A stretch of 64,000 nucleotides of DNA from Bdellovibrionales bacterium (GTDB lineage: Bacteria; Bdellovibrionota; Bdellovibrionia; Bdellovibrionales; JAGQZY01): contig JANPLN010000031.1 in NCBI GenBank assembly GCA_031426555.1, positions 1-64,000 on the forward strand, given 5' to 3'. The position numbers and the translations under genes are program-made. The notes beneath the pieces are model-generated. The model did no database searches. It saw nothing but the letters and a program-made list of their open reading frames with translations, and was not told the DNA's origin. Numbering within the stretch: position 1 is the first letter of the stretch; the number at the start of each line of letters is the position of its first letter. Shown here piece by piece: positions 20,268-29,692 of this stretch.

Positions 20268-20654
20268 TTAGGCGATGAGCGTGCGAATCGTATTTAGCAA
20301 AAGATCGATTTTGAACGGCTTTTTTATAAAGGCCTGGGTTTCAATTTTATCCATTTGATGCTCTTCATTGGCGGAACAGGCAATCACCGGAATTTGACGA
20401 ATATTTTCCATGGTTTTTTTTATTTCAATAAACTGCCACCCATTTAAGTCTGGCATCATCACATCCATAAGGATCAAGTTTGGAGCTGGGTTTATTTCCA
20501 ACAGATTGAGACCAACTCTGCCGTTCTCCGCTGTAAAAACTTTATATCCTTCGATTTCTAAGAGCTGCTGGACCAGCTCTCGGATGTAAAGGTCATCTTC
20601 GATAAGTAATATTGATTTTTGTTCATCTTTTTGCAATTTACATACCTCTGGCAT
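20268..20654 (-). CDS. CheY-like response regulator
   Basis: ILLIEDD, ILMDVMMPDLNGW, IKKPF. Confidence 0.9.
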   Translation of the reverse strand: MPEVCKLQKDEQKSILLIEDDLYIRELVQQLLEIEGYKVFTAENGRVGLNLLEINPAPNLILMDVMMPDLNGWQFIEIKKTMENIRQIPVIACSANEEHQMDKIETQAFIKKPFKIDLLLNTIRTLIA

Positions 20655-20705
20655 CTAATTGGTTATGGGTTCAGCGTAGCACATAATTGATCAAGAAACG
20701 AGCAC

Positions 20706-20942
20706 TTATATCAGCTCGCTTTTCTTTAGTCCTCGTTGTTTTATGACCCATTCGACCATTGCCCCCAAAACGGGTTCTAAAGACTTTCCCATAGACGTTA
20801 GCGTGTATTCAGTTTTTGGCGGGACCACAGGATATTGTTTTCTCGAAACGAGCCCACTTTGCTCAAGCTCTTTGAGTTGATGAGAAAGCATTCGATCACT
20901 GATTCCCGTCGTTAGTTTTCTTAACTCAGAAAATCTTTTGGT
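20706..20942 (-). pseudogene. 5'-truncated HxlR-family regulator
   Basis: TKRFSELRKLTTGISDRMLSHQLKELE...VPPKTEYTLT; in-frame stop just upstream, N-terminal helices missing. Confidence 0.8.
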
Positions 20943-21402
20943 TGACGAGGCCTGGGTTCAAAATGCCTATCTTCCTCTTGATCAACAAAACCCTGAGGCT
21001 TTGGCTGTTTCTAACGAGCTCACTCAAGAGTTCATCGATTCAGATTACATTGTGATCGGAATGCCAATGTACAATTGGGGTGTTCCCGCGAGTGTAAAAG
21101 CTTGGATCGATCAAATTGTAAGGGCTGGACTGACATTCCAAATGACCTCTGAAGGAATTAAGGGACTAGCAGATCCCCATAAAAAAGTGATTGCTCTGGT
21201 TGCTCGCAATGGCAGGTTTCTTACTGGCGAGCCCTATGAAGGAGCGAACTTTCAAGACCCCTACTTAAAAGGCATCATGGGATTTTTAGGCGTCAAACAA
21301 GTTTATGTCGAAGCACTTCAAGATGTTTTTAACCACGAAAATTTTGAGCGCGATTTAGCGCAAGCCATTGAACGCGTTAAGACTCTCGCAAAGAATATTT
21401 AG
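20938..21402 (+). pseudogene. azoR: 5'-truncated FMN-dependent NADH-azoreductase
   Basis: PMYNWGVPASVKAWIDQIVRAGLTF motif; N-terminal flavodoxin strand and FMN loop absent; no RBS. Confidence 0.75.
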
Positions 21403-21482
21403 TTCCGTTGGCTATACTGGGCAATTCCTTGCGGACAATGGATCAATTCTTTGGTAAGTTTGTCGTCAACAAAAGGAAAATT

Positions 21483-21893
21483 ATGAAACTCGCTGATAAA
21501 GGTCCAATCGTGAAACCACCAGTTTTAAAAGGCTTAGCGCAAAACCTTTCGGTAAAAATTCAATCGTGGCCTGAAGTTATTTCGGCCACACATTGGACTA
21601 TTGGCGATTCGACAAAAGTGAACGGTGCAGATTTTTATGTCCTAGAGAGCGAACTTGGTCACATTCATCTTGACGGCGAGATACACCTTCGGCTGACAAA
21701 GGCGCTTTGCAAATCGTTGGTCTCGGCCAAACTGGCTGAAGCGTTTCCATGGGGACAGGACTGGGTGCAGTTTCGAATAACAAATCAGGCAAGCTTAGAT
21801 CATGCCGAGTGGCTCTTTCGTTTAGGCTACGACAGATTGCAAGGCCGAACTGATATCAGTATCCAGCAAAGAATCAGCGGTAAAATGTCTTAA
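21483..21893 (+). CDS. DUF5519/luciferase-like family protein
   Basis: ELGHIHLDGEIHL...WVQFRI...AEWLFRLGY; ATG after AAGGA. Confidence 0.65.
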   Translation: MKLADKGPIVKPPVLKGLAQNLSVKIQSWPEVISATHWTIGDSTKVNGADFYVLESELGHIHLDGEIHLRLTKALCKSLVSAKLAEAFPWGQDWVQFRITNQASLDHAEWLFRLGYDRLQGRTDISIQQRISGKMS

Positions 21894-21902
21894 TCGGTAA
21901 CA

Positions 21903-21930
21903 AGCCTCACCCGAAAGGTGAGGCTCTTTT
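21903..21930 (+). terminator. Intrinsic terminator
   Basis: AGCCTCACC-cgaaa-GGTGAGGCT then CTTTT, between convergent genes. Confidence 0.8.
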
Positions 21931-21933
21931 GAT

Positions 21934-23544
21934 TTACTGAACGGATTCAGGATTCCGCATGATCAAGATCGCCGCCATCACTTTTGGCAGGTAATCTTTG
22001 TCACCCTCATGACCGTTGCGAATGAGAGTCCACGCATCTCTTGAACCAAGAGCGTTCATCCCTTTCTGAACTGCATTTTCGCCCATGTTGTAGGCGAGAG
22101 CTGAAAGATGCCAGTCTTTAAATCGCAAATTGTTGGACTGAAGATACCGCATCGCTGCGTCTGTGTTCAGCCCCACATCCAGGCGTTCGTCTTTCTGACT
22201 GTCCACCCGCAAGCCGTAATTTCTTGCGGTTCCAGGAATGAATTGCCAGATACCAGCGGCTTTCATTGAGGTGTTGTGGTTCTCAGTTAAGTTCTGATAG
22301 CCCGATTCAATGATGGGTACAGCCATGATTTCCGCAGGCAAGCCATACTTCTGCAGATGTTCACTGACGGTCACTTTGTAATTCTCCATGCGAGCCAACG
22401 AATCTCGCATGAACTCGCGGCCCTCGGGTGTACCGATGTAGCGGTTGAGTTGCTTGAGTACGAGATCATTGACGACAACGGGGAATCCCGTTTCACTCTG
22501 GGCGCGAACGGCCATTGCTTTGGCTTGTGCCATGTTCACTCGGCGATCTTGAACCAGTCCTTTGGATGCAAAGGCTGTGGCCCCCATGATCGATACAAGT
22601 AGTACCCCCACAGAAACGCTGATCGAGCTTCTAATTCTGTTTGATGATTTTGCTAACATTTTTTCAATCCTCCTCTTAAGGATATTGCGTTCAAGCAAAA
22701 ATGTGAGACCTGTCGCGCAAACAGGAACATACTTTTGATCGATTGCGGTTTGCGCCACCTCGACGAGGCAGCGAGCATATGCCTGAGACTCGACTTTATT
22801 TTGGTCGACCAGAGTCTCATCGCAGGCAAATTCTTGAATCTCTGAGATCCAACAATTCCAAAAATAAATAGCGGGGTTCATGATGCAAATGATTCGCATC
22901 CCCCACATGACATAAACCCACTGAGTATCACCGTGACGGTGATGCTGAAGTTCATGGGTAACCGCCATCTTATAGTCTCTGCGACGCTCAACTAGTGACG
23001 AGGGTACAACAATGTTCGCCTGGCCCGGCAACCAGTACGAAAACGGCACTTGAATGGCATCGTTAACTAAAATACGAACACGCCCCAGTCTCCTCACCAA
23101 AAACGAGTTCTTCTTTGTTTTATATAAAATTCTGAGATCACGGCCAATGAAAAGTCCTCCCAAGATCAGTACCATTGCACCCAAAATGCCCCAGGTGAAT
23201 GCCACCTGATCTACCTTGAGTGTGGATGTCCCCAGTGGCGTGGACAGACTGAGAAAGCCGCCTTTGTCGGAAGCTGTGTAATCTCGCCCGAAACTTTTGA
23301 TCGATTGGGCCGACCATACTTTTGCGGCAGGAGAAAAGACTTCGTTTTTTGGGAGCAATGGATGAATCACGGTCAGAATCAAAACAGTCGTCATCACTGC
23401 ATAGTGAAGTCGGAGCTCTGTTCCCGCACCCAAGCTGGTCTTTGCTCTTCTCACTGCAAATGAAAAAAGACTCAGGCCTGCAAACCCAATCAGAATCAAA
23501 AGATTCATGTTTAAATAAGTGGAGAGGACTTGGGCCAAGCTCAC
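21934..23544 (-). CDS. BlaR1-type M56 peptidase fused to a MltD-like lytic transglycosylase (SLT) domain
   Basis: TM helices, HELQH, NP..W..EFACD, LKRRI (M56); then IESGY, AAGIWQFIPGTARNYGL, LAYNMGE (SLT). Confidence 0.9.
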   Translation of the reverse strand: MSLAQVLSTYLNMNLLILIGFAGLSLFSFAVRRAKTSLGAGTELRLHYAVMTTVLILTVIHPLLPKNEVFSPAAKVWSAQSIKSFGRDYTASDKGGFLSLSTPLGTSTLKVDQVAFTWGILGAMVLILGGLFIGRDLRILYKTKKNSFLVRRLGRVRILVNDAIQVPFSYWLPGQANIVVPSSLVERRRDYKMAVTHELQHHRHGDTQWVYVMWGMRIICIMNPAIYFWNCWISEIQEFACDETLVDQNKVESQAYARCLVEVAQTAIDQKYVPVCATGLTFLLERNILKRRIEKMLAKSSNRIRSSISVSVGVLLVSIMGATAFASKGLVQDRRVNMAQAKAMAVRAQSETGFPVVVNDLVLKQLNRYIGTPEGREFMRDSLARMENYKVTVSEHLQKYGLPAEIMAVPIIESGYQNLTENHNTSMKAAGIWQFIPGTARNYGLRVDSQKDERLDVGLNTDAAMRYLQSNNLRFKDWHLSALAYNMGENAVQKGMNALGSRDAWTLIRNGHEGDKDYLPKVMAAILIMRNPESVQ

Positions 23545-23942
23545 TTGCGACCACCCGCTTGATCAATCAAGTGCTTCAACTCCAGCAAATCTTTTTCATC
23601 CAATTTGACAGAGTCGAGAAGCTGGCGCACCAGCGCCACTGGCGTTCCGTCAAAAACACGGTCAACAACATGTCTCACTGCCTTGGCTTCGTAAGCATTT
23701 TTTTTGAGCTGGGGAGTATAGATATGACCTCGCCCTTCTTTGCGAGTTTTTAAAATCTCTTTCTGCTCTAAGATCCGAAGGATCGTAGAAACTGACGTGT
23801 ACGCAAGATCTCGTTCTTTTGGCAGTTGCTCGAGCACGTCTGTAACAGACCCCTCACCTAGTTTCCAAAGAATGCTCATCAGCTCCAATTCGGTTTCGGT
23901 CAACAGTTTGCCATCGGCTTCTTTGTGCTTTGCTTTTTTCAT
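23541..23942 (-). CDS. BlaI/MecI/CopY-family repressor
   Basis: LTETELELMSILW, LAYTSVSTILRILEQK, VFDG; 4-bp overlap with the M56 gene. Confidence 0.92.
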   Translation of the reverse strand: MKKAKHKEADGKLLTETELELMSILWKLGEGSVTDVLEQLPKERDLAYTSVSTILRILEQKEILKTRKEGRGHIYTPQLKKNAYEAKAVRHVVDRVFDGTPVALVRQLLDSVKLDEKDLLELKHLIDQAGGRK

Positions 23943-23967
23943 ATATCCCCCCACATTTAAAAGACTA

Positions 23968-24003
23968 ACTAAGAGTTTAGTAGTTAACAACTAAAAACTT
24001 AGT
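23968..24003. promoter_or_regulatory. Twin palindromic operator, candidate BlaI-family sites
   Basis: ACTAA-gagt-TTAGT (23968) and ACTAA-aaac-TTAGT (23990), 22 bp apart, just upstream of the repressor. Confidence 0.7.
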
Positions 24004-24076
24004 TACCAGGACTTTAGGTGAAAAGACCTTGAACATGGCTTCCAAATGTTTACCATATTCTTTTACGGGGGATTTA

Positions 24077-24817
24077 ATGGACGATATTCTTTTTGCTCGC
24101 ACCTTTATGATTGTTGGTGCGATGCTCATCCTGACAGCGATCACCGCAAAAAAGAATCGTGTCTTTGAAACTTCGGCTGAGATGTGGATAACAGTCATAG
24201 CCTCCTTTGCCCTCCTCTTTGCGGTGATGGGGTTTGCCAATCAATTTCCAATCAACCTTATTTTAGTGGGCGCCTTTTCATTAGTTATCGGCTGGAGTAT
24301 CGGCCCCACCATCGAATATTTTGGAACTCGCTTTAAACTGCGTAAGTTTTTAAAGGATAAAGGCACCCCACTCAAAAAAGCGGGAACCGCCACGCCAGAA
24401 CAATTGGCAGACTTTAATAATTCTTTTGATAAACTGAATTATCACAACGAGTGGCAAAATATTGTCACGCAGGCTTTTTTGGGGACGGCCCTTGCGGTGA
24501 TTGCAACGGCATGCGTGGTGTTTACAACGGACATTAATTTTGATTTTTTAGGCGGCTTTTTATTTATCGCTCTCCTTATGCTTGTAGTTATGGGATTGAT
24601 TAATGCCTTTTTTATAAAGTCGAAAATGGTCTCTCTGGTAAAAGCCTATGTGGGAGCAATTATATTCACCCTTTATCTTCTTTATGACTTTAACCAACTT
24701 GAAAAAAAGGCCGGAGATGAAAGTTGGGCGACCGCTGTTAACATTTCCGTTAACATCTACCTCGATATTATTAATCTATTTTTAGATCTGCTCGAAATTT
24801 TATCTGAAACTGACTAA
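24077..24817 (+). CDS. Bax inhibitor-1/YccA family membrane protein
   Basis: YLLYDFNQL...AVNIYLDIINLFLDLL-type C-terminus. Confidence 0.85.
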   Translation: MDDILFARTFMIVGAMLILTAITAKKNRVFETSAEMWITVIASFALLFAVMGFANQFPINLILVGAFSLVIGWSIGPTIEYFGTRFKLRKFLKDKGTPLKKAGTATPEQLADFNNSFDKLNYHNEWQNIVTQAFLGTALAVIATACVVFTTDINFDFLGGFLFIALLMLVVMGLINAFFIKSKMVSLVKAYVGAIIFTLYLLYDFNQLEKKAGDESWATAVNISVNIYLDIINLFLDLLEILSETD

Positions 24818-24898
24818 CAAAGCCTTACGCTGTAGGTCGCATGGGTTCATTTAAGTATTCGGTGTACCGTGAGCCCACTTCGGTATATACCGTAGCGC

Positions 24899-25603
24899 AT
24901 GCAGCAAAAATTTTCTAAAAAAACACTCGATTTTCTTGTGAAAGCTGGAAAACAAAAAAATCCAAAATGGCTTGAAAAAAACATGCAGGAATACGAAGCC
25001 GTTTTACGCGGACCATTTATTGATTTGGCAGAACAGGTCAAAGCGGCTCTGCAACCCATCGCCAGAGATTATCACTTCCCCAGTAAGGGCTTAGCGCGAA
25101 TAAAGCGCCCCGACTTTAAAGTTGCCGGCGGCCAGACTCAGTACAAGGACTGGATCTCGATGATCGCTACTCGTCCCTCGAAATCGCGCTTCGAAAGCAA
25201 CCCGCATTTGTTTTTTGGACTTTTTCCAAACGAGGACCATAAAGTTTTAATCGCCGGTGGCCTTTGGCAGCCAACATCACAACAAACTCGCCTTATTCGT
25301 GAAGCCATTAATAAAGATGCTGAACCTTTTCACGAACTTTTCTCTGACAGGCAGTTTAACTCCTGCTTTAAAGCTGGTTTTTACATGGAAGACGTTTCAA
25401 CGCGTACACCAAGAGGATTCTCTGAGAGCCATAAAGATATTGCTTTGATCAAATTGAAAAAATTTGTCGTTTACAAAGTCATTTCAATGAAAGATTTTTC
25501 ATCAGCAAAATTCGGCGACGCTGTGGTCAAGGACTTGAGGCAGGCCCTGCGACTGAATGAGTTGCTGGATCAAGCCCTTAAAATGCAATGGCCTCTTCGC
25601 TGA
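24899..25603 (+). CDS. DUF2461 family protein
   Basis: FL..A..N..W....YE, GGLWQP, PRGF, LKKF pattern. Confidence 0.75.
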   Translation: MQQKFSKKTLDFLVKAGKQKNPKWLEKNMQEYEAVLRGPFIDLAEQVKAALQPIARDYHFPSKGLARIKRPDFKVAGGQTQYKDWISMIATRPSKSRFESNPHLFFGLFPNEDHKVLIAGGLWQPTSQQTRLIREAINKDAEPFHELFSDRQFNSCFKAGFYMEDVSTRTPRGFSESHKDIALIKLKKFVVYKVISMKDFSSAKFGDAVVKDLRQALRLNELLDQALKMQWPLR

Positions 25604-25741
25604 GCGAGGACGGTGGCGCTTTACAGGTTTACATCGTGAAATATTTAGAATTTGTTAAGAGAACATTTTTTTCATAGTAATCACGACAACCAACGTGGTA
25701 ACACCCCACCTAACGGTTCATTTATCACAAAGGAGACTTTT

Positions 25742-26050
25742 ATGAAATTTTTAACATTAAACATTTTTTGTTTATTTTTTGCTTCTGTCAGCTTCGCGAC
25801 TCAGATAAATGCCGCTTGTGAAAAAAAGCTCACTAGCGCTGCCATTAAGCAAAAGGAAAGCCATCTTTTTCTGGAATATACCGTGGAAGGCGTGGTGAGA
25901 AGTGATCTTTTTAATGATTACGTGCAAGTCGTAGGCTTTTTCTCTGATGCCGACGAAGACTACAGTTACACCGAGATTTATGAAGTGGGAATTACAAAAA
26001 ATACCTGCGACATTCAAAGCGTTGAGATTGTCGAAATCATTGAAAATTAA
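25742..26050 (+). CDS. Secreted hypothetical protein
   Basis: AAGGAG RBS, signal peptide (VSFA|T), two Cys. Confidence 0.65.
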   Translation: MKFLTLNIFCLFFASVSFATQINAACEKKLTSAAIKQKESHLFLEYTVEGVVRSDLFNDYVQVVGFFSDADEDYSYTEIYEVGITKNTCDIQSVEIVEIIEN

Positions 26051-26122
26051 TCATAATTGGTTGGCATAATTCGTGTACTAAATTGCGTATTAAGTTCCGC
26101 GAAATAAAAAGAATGAGGTCCC

Positions 26123-28231
26123 ATGAGATTTTTTTATGCAATAGTGACACTTTTTGTAATTTCAACGGCGGCATTTAAGGCTGGGGCACAACCAACCTGT
26201 GGACAGATCTTTAAACGAATTGAGCCTGCCAAGCTACCTAAGGAGCTTGTCGATTTCCCACCTCAGCCCGAATCTATTAAAACTCTTTCAGAAAAAACGC
26301 TCAAATCCCTCGAAACGAATATTCCTAAAGTGGAAGCAGAAATCAAAGCCCTGGGTTACAAGCAAGCCGTCGGTGAAATGCATTTTCGAAACGGCAGCCT
26401 TTTTATTGATGCAGGAAATTTAATGTGGAAAGGTTTGGATGGTCAGTTAGTAAAACTTGTCGATAAACTTGAGCACCCAGATCGCGGGATTGATCAAATT
26501 CTTGTGAGTCCTGATGGCAAAAAAGTGGCCTACTCAACAACACTCAGTCTGTCCGATCAGCATGTTTGGTATGTGAAAACCATCGCTGCACAAAGCAGCC
26601 ACCTTTTAAAAAACCCACTTTTAGTTCGCATGGATGGGTTTTCCTGGGGACAAAACTCAAGCACAATTTATTTTAGTCATTTTGCAAAACTTGAAGATGC
26701 GATTGCAAAGAAAAAACCGATTCACACCGTTCGATCTTTGAATTTAAACACTGGTCGAATCAGAAATATTTTTAAGCATAATGAGCACGCCAATTTCGCA
26801 GTTTATGATGTGGATGGTGGAAACACCCTGATTGTGCATCGTATTTTGGGCCCGGGTGCCGGTATTAAAGCCCTCCTGTCAGTTCACAAAGGTGTTAAGC
26901 AAAGTGATGGCTCTTATAAATGGAACCCCTTAATCGCACCAAACAGCACAATGGGACACTTTTTAGGGGTGATTGATAAAAACGGCGAATCCTTCGCTGT
27001 TATGCACACAAATCAGTTTGGCAAAAAATATGGGATTGCCATGATTCCGTTGTCCGCCAAATCGCCTGGAGCCGGTTTATCCAGTGTTGTGAATCCACAA
27101 AAACGACTTGTTTTGCATAATTCGCAAATGTTAAACGGAAAACTCTTTCTCGAATATTTTGATCCGGTGAATTTGCGCACGAGCATGCATATCGCCGACG
27201 CTGCCACCGGAGGTGTCGAAAAGGTCATCCGTTTTTCTGACTATGGTGTTCTCAACAATGGCGGGCTCAGCTTACCGGTTTCCTTTGACGGACCTGAGGT
27301 GACATTTAAATATGCCGATGTGCTCGGAAATGCTCGTACGTTTAGCTATAATGTTGCAAAAAAATCAGTTGTAGCTTTAAAAAATCCGCAGCCTAATCCG
27401 TTCAATACGGCTCAGGTGCGCGTTGCTGTGGAATCTTTTAAATCGCAGGATGGAACGACCGTTCGTGGATTAAAAATTTACCCAGTTGATCCTGCAGGAA
27501 ATCCAGTAAAACCTAAATTCTTTTTTATGAAAAGCTACGGAATGATTGGAATCAAATATGTGGCTGAAGCGCTCGAGGCCCAATTGGTTCTTCAGCGTGG
27601 TGGAGTGTACTTTGTACCAGACGTAAGAGGTGGCGCTGGACCCAACTCCGACTGGCAAGTGCAAGGCTCTCGCGATTTTAATTTGCGCTATCAAGACATG
27701 ATGGCAGCTGCGACATACATTACACAATTAGATCCGATGTATGCTAAATATGGTTTTGATCCAAAAAAAGATCTTGTCGCTTTGGGCCGGTCCTATAACG
27801 GAGCAGGAATATTAAATGTGGCGGCTCGTTATCCCGAGATGGCCAGAATGTTTGTTTCTGTTGTTCCCCTTTGGGATCCCTCACGATCTCTTCGCGAGCA
27901 GCCATTCGGTCTCATCGCACACTCTGATTATTTCCCGAACATTGACCCGAAAACAGGTAACTTGATTTTGGATGCTGATTTTTTTGCGCGCATCGAGGAG
28001 CACAATCCGGTCAATATCTTAAATCAGATCCCCAAAGATACGACCTTGGTTGTATTTACTGGTGGTCGTGACGATCGAGTGGGGCAGTACCATCTTGAAG
28101 AGGGCTATATTCAAACTCTTTTGAACCGATTGGGTTCAAATTTACATTATATACAAAACCCGACCGCTTCGCATATACCGCGTTGGTATTTTGAAGAGCT
28201 CTTCTCAATGATTGATCAAACATTTCCGTAA
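26123..28231 (+). CDS. Secreted S9 (prolyl oligopeptidase-like) serine peptidase
   Basis: Signal peptide, VSPDGKKVAY propeller, FKSQDGT, DVRGG, GRSYNG nucleophile, DDRV, C-terminal His. Confidence 0.8.
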   Translation: MRFFYAIVTLFVISTAAFKAGAQPTCGQIFKRIEPAKLPKELVDFPPQPESIKTLSEKTLKSLETNIPKVEAEIKALGYKQAVGEMHFRNGSLFIDAGNLMWKGLDGQLVKLVDKLEHPDRGIDQILVSPDGKKVAYSTTLSLSDQHVWYVKTIAAQSSHLLKNPLLVRMDGFSWGQNSSTIYFSHFAKLEDAIAKKKPIHTVRSLNLNTGRIRNIFKHNEHANFAVYDVDGGNTLIVHRILGPGAGIKALLSVHKGVKQSDGSYKWNPLIAPNSTMGHFLGVIDKNGESFAVMHTNQFGKKYGIAMIPLSAKSPGAGLSSVVNPQKRLVLHNSQMLNGKLFLEYFDPVNLRTSMHIADAATGGVEKVIRFSDYGVLNNGGLSLPVSFDGPEVTFKYADVLGNARTFSYNVAKKSVVALKNPQPNPFNTAQVRVAVESFKSQDGTTVRGLKIYPVDPAGNPVKPKFFFMKSYGMIGIKYVAEALEAQLVLQRGGVYFVPDVRGGAGPNSDWQVQGSRDFNLRYQDMMAAATYITQLDPMYAKYGFDPKKDLVALGRSYNGAGILNVAARYPEMARMFVSVVPLWDPSRSLREQPFGLIAHSDYFPNIDPKTGNLILDADFFARIEEHNPVNILNQIPKDTTLVVFTGGRDDRVGQYHLEEGYIQTLLNRLGSNLHYIQNPTASHIPRWYFEELFSMIDQTFP

Positions 28232-28237
28232 AGCAGA

Positions 28238-28609
28238 CTATTTTAAAGAATGCGATCTCAGAGTTTCTAGAGTTAAGTATTTTAACGCTTTCTCATGCGT
28301 GGATTCAAGCAGGACAGGCGGCGCTACGCCTGCTTCTTGAGCTTCCTTCCATCGAAGTGCACACAAACACCAACGGTCACCCGGTGTGAGCCCTGGAAAA
28401 TTGTACGCTGGCACGGGTGTCATTAAATCATTACCTCGCGATTTACTAAACTCTAGAAACTCCTTCGTCACAGCGGCCGCTATAACATGGCTGCCAGTGT
28501 CTTCTTTCCCCGTGCGGCAGTAACCGTCTCTGTAATACCCAGTCATCGGTTTTGTACAACATATTTTGAGTGGCTCACCAAGCACATTTTTTGCGGTTTC
28601 ATTGGCCAT
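28238..28609 (-). CDS. DUF2237 family protein
   Basis: NVLGEPL..C...PMTGYYRDGYC, GNDL.TP, PGDRWCLCALRW. Confidence 0.9.
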   Translation of the reverse strand: MANETAKNVLGEPLKICCTKPMTGYYRDGYCRTGKEDTGSHVIAAAVTKEFLEFSKSRGNDLMTPVPAYNFPGLTPGDRWCLCALRWKEAQEAGVAPPVLLESTHEKALKYLTLETLRSHSLK

Positions 28610-28683
28610 TGCGCCTCCGGCGATCATCATTAAAAATAAATATATATTTTGCATATTTTAACAATCTACTTTCATATAAGGAT

Positions 28684-29133
28684 ATGAAATACCCAGTATC
28701 AGAACCAATAAATAGCAGTGTTTGGCTTGCAGATCAATGGATTGAACTCCATGCGTCTCCTCGTAAAATTTGGCCGTGGCTCGCTCAAATGGGAAATGGA
28801 CGGGCCGGTTGGTACAGTTATGATTGGATAGACAATTTGGGTAAAAAAAGTTTAACAGTTATAGACCCTCAACTTGGTGTTTTGCAGAAAGGCCAAAAAA
28901 TCCCTTTGGCCGAGATATCTGATTTCGTCGAGAACAAATTTATTACTTTTAAATTTGGCTCAAAGGCTACATTTACTTATTATTTAGAGCCCATTGAAAA
29001 TAGAACTCGGCTATGGACACGCCTTAGGGTCACAGGCCCTCGTTGGTTGTTAAAATTCACTTTAGGCCCAGCTCACAAAATAATGCAAAATAAGCAGTTT
29101 CTAGAAATTAAAAAAAGAGTAGAGCCTAGTTAG
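28684..29133 (+). CDS. SRPBCC/START-like protein
   Basis: IWPWLAQMGNGRAGWYSYDWIDNL...IKKRVE. Confidence 0.75.
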   Translation: MKYPVSEPINSSVWLADQWIELHASPRKIWPWLAQMGNGRAGWYSYDWIDNLGKKSLTVIDPQLGVLQKGQKIPLAEISDFVENKFITFKFGSKATFTYYLEPIENRTRLWTRLRVTGPRWLLKFTLGPAHKIMQNKQFLEIKKRVEPS

Positions 29134-29154
29134 TGGTTGGATCGATTCAGCCAT

Positions 29155-29691
29155 TTAAACTAAAAGCCGTAATTCTTTTCTTACTTTTTGATCAATGATT
29201 TGAAAGTTTTTTTGCTCAACACTTTGTCCGGCGTTCCGCGAATGCCCTTTCACCCAAATGATCTGAGGCTTTATTAAATCATAAAGTGCATAAAACTCTT
29301 TGTACAAATCGGCATTGGCTAATTCGGTTTTCTTTTTACCGCTGACAAAGTCGTTAGCTTGCAGCTTATCGCGACGTCTCAATAAATCAGTCAGCGTTTG
29401 GCAATCCGAGTATAAGTTTATTTCTACGTTTTTATGGTCAATATCTTTCAGATTTATTTCATCGTTTAATTTTTTTAAAATATAATTCGCACCGATAATC
29501 TCGGCACGAATATTATTGTTCACTTGAAACGAGCGAGCTTGGATGTTCGCCTCTACAACTTCACTCATCTTATGAGAAGTTTCGCTGCCAAAAAACAAAT
29601 ACCCCGACACAGCTAAACCCAATGAGGAGCTAAAGCTTGCGTCCGTGTATATAAATATTTTTTGCAACGACGTCTGTTTTAGTAAAAACAA
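29155..29691 (-). CDS. Ribonuclease HI-family protein
   Basis: IYTDAS, NNIRAE, YSDCQ, WVKGH, IDQ (DEDD set present). Confidence 0.8.
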   Translation of the reverse strand: MFLLKQTSLQKIFIYTDASFSSSLGLAVSGYLFFGSETSHKMSEVVEANIQARSFQVNNNIRAEIIGANYILKKLNDEINLKDIDHKNVEINLYSDCQTLTDLLRRRDKLQANDFVSGKKKTELANADLYKEFYALYDLIKPQIIWVKGHSRNAGQSVEQKNFQIIDQKVRKELRLLV

Positions 29692-29692
29692 A

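Noticed and set aside
13942..24000. tRNA-integrated mobile island
   Set aside because: Content looks accessory, but I saw no integrase, transposase or duplicated tRNA 3' end (att site).
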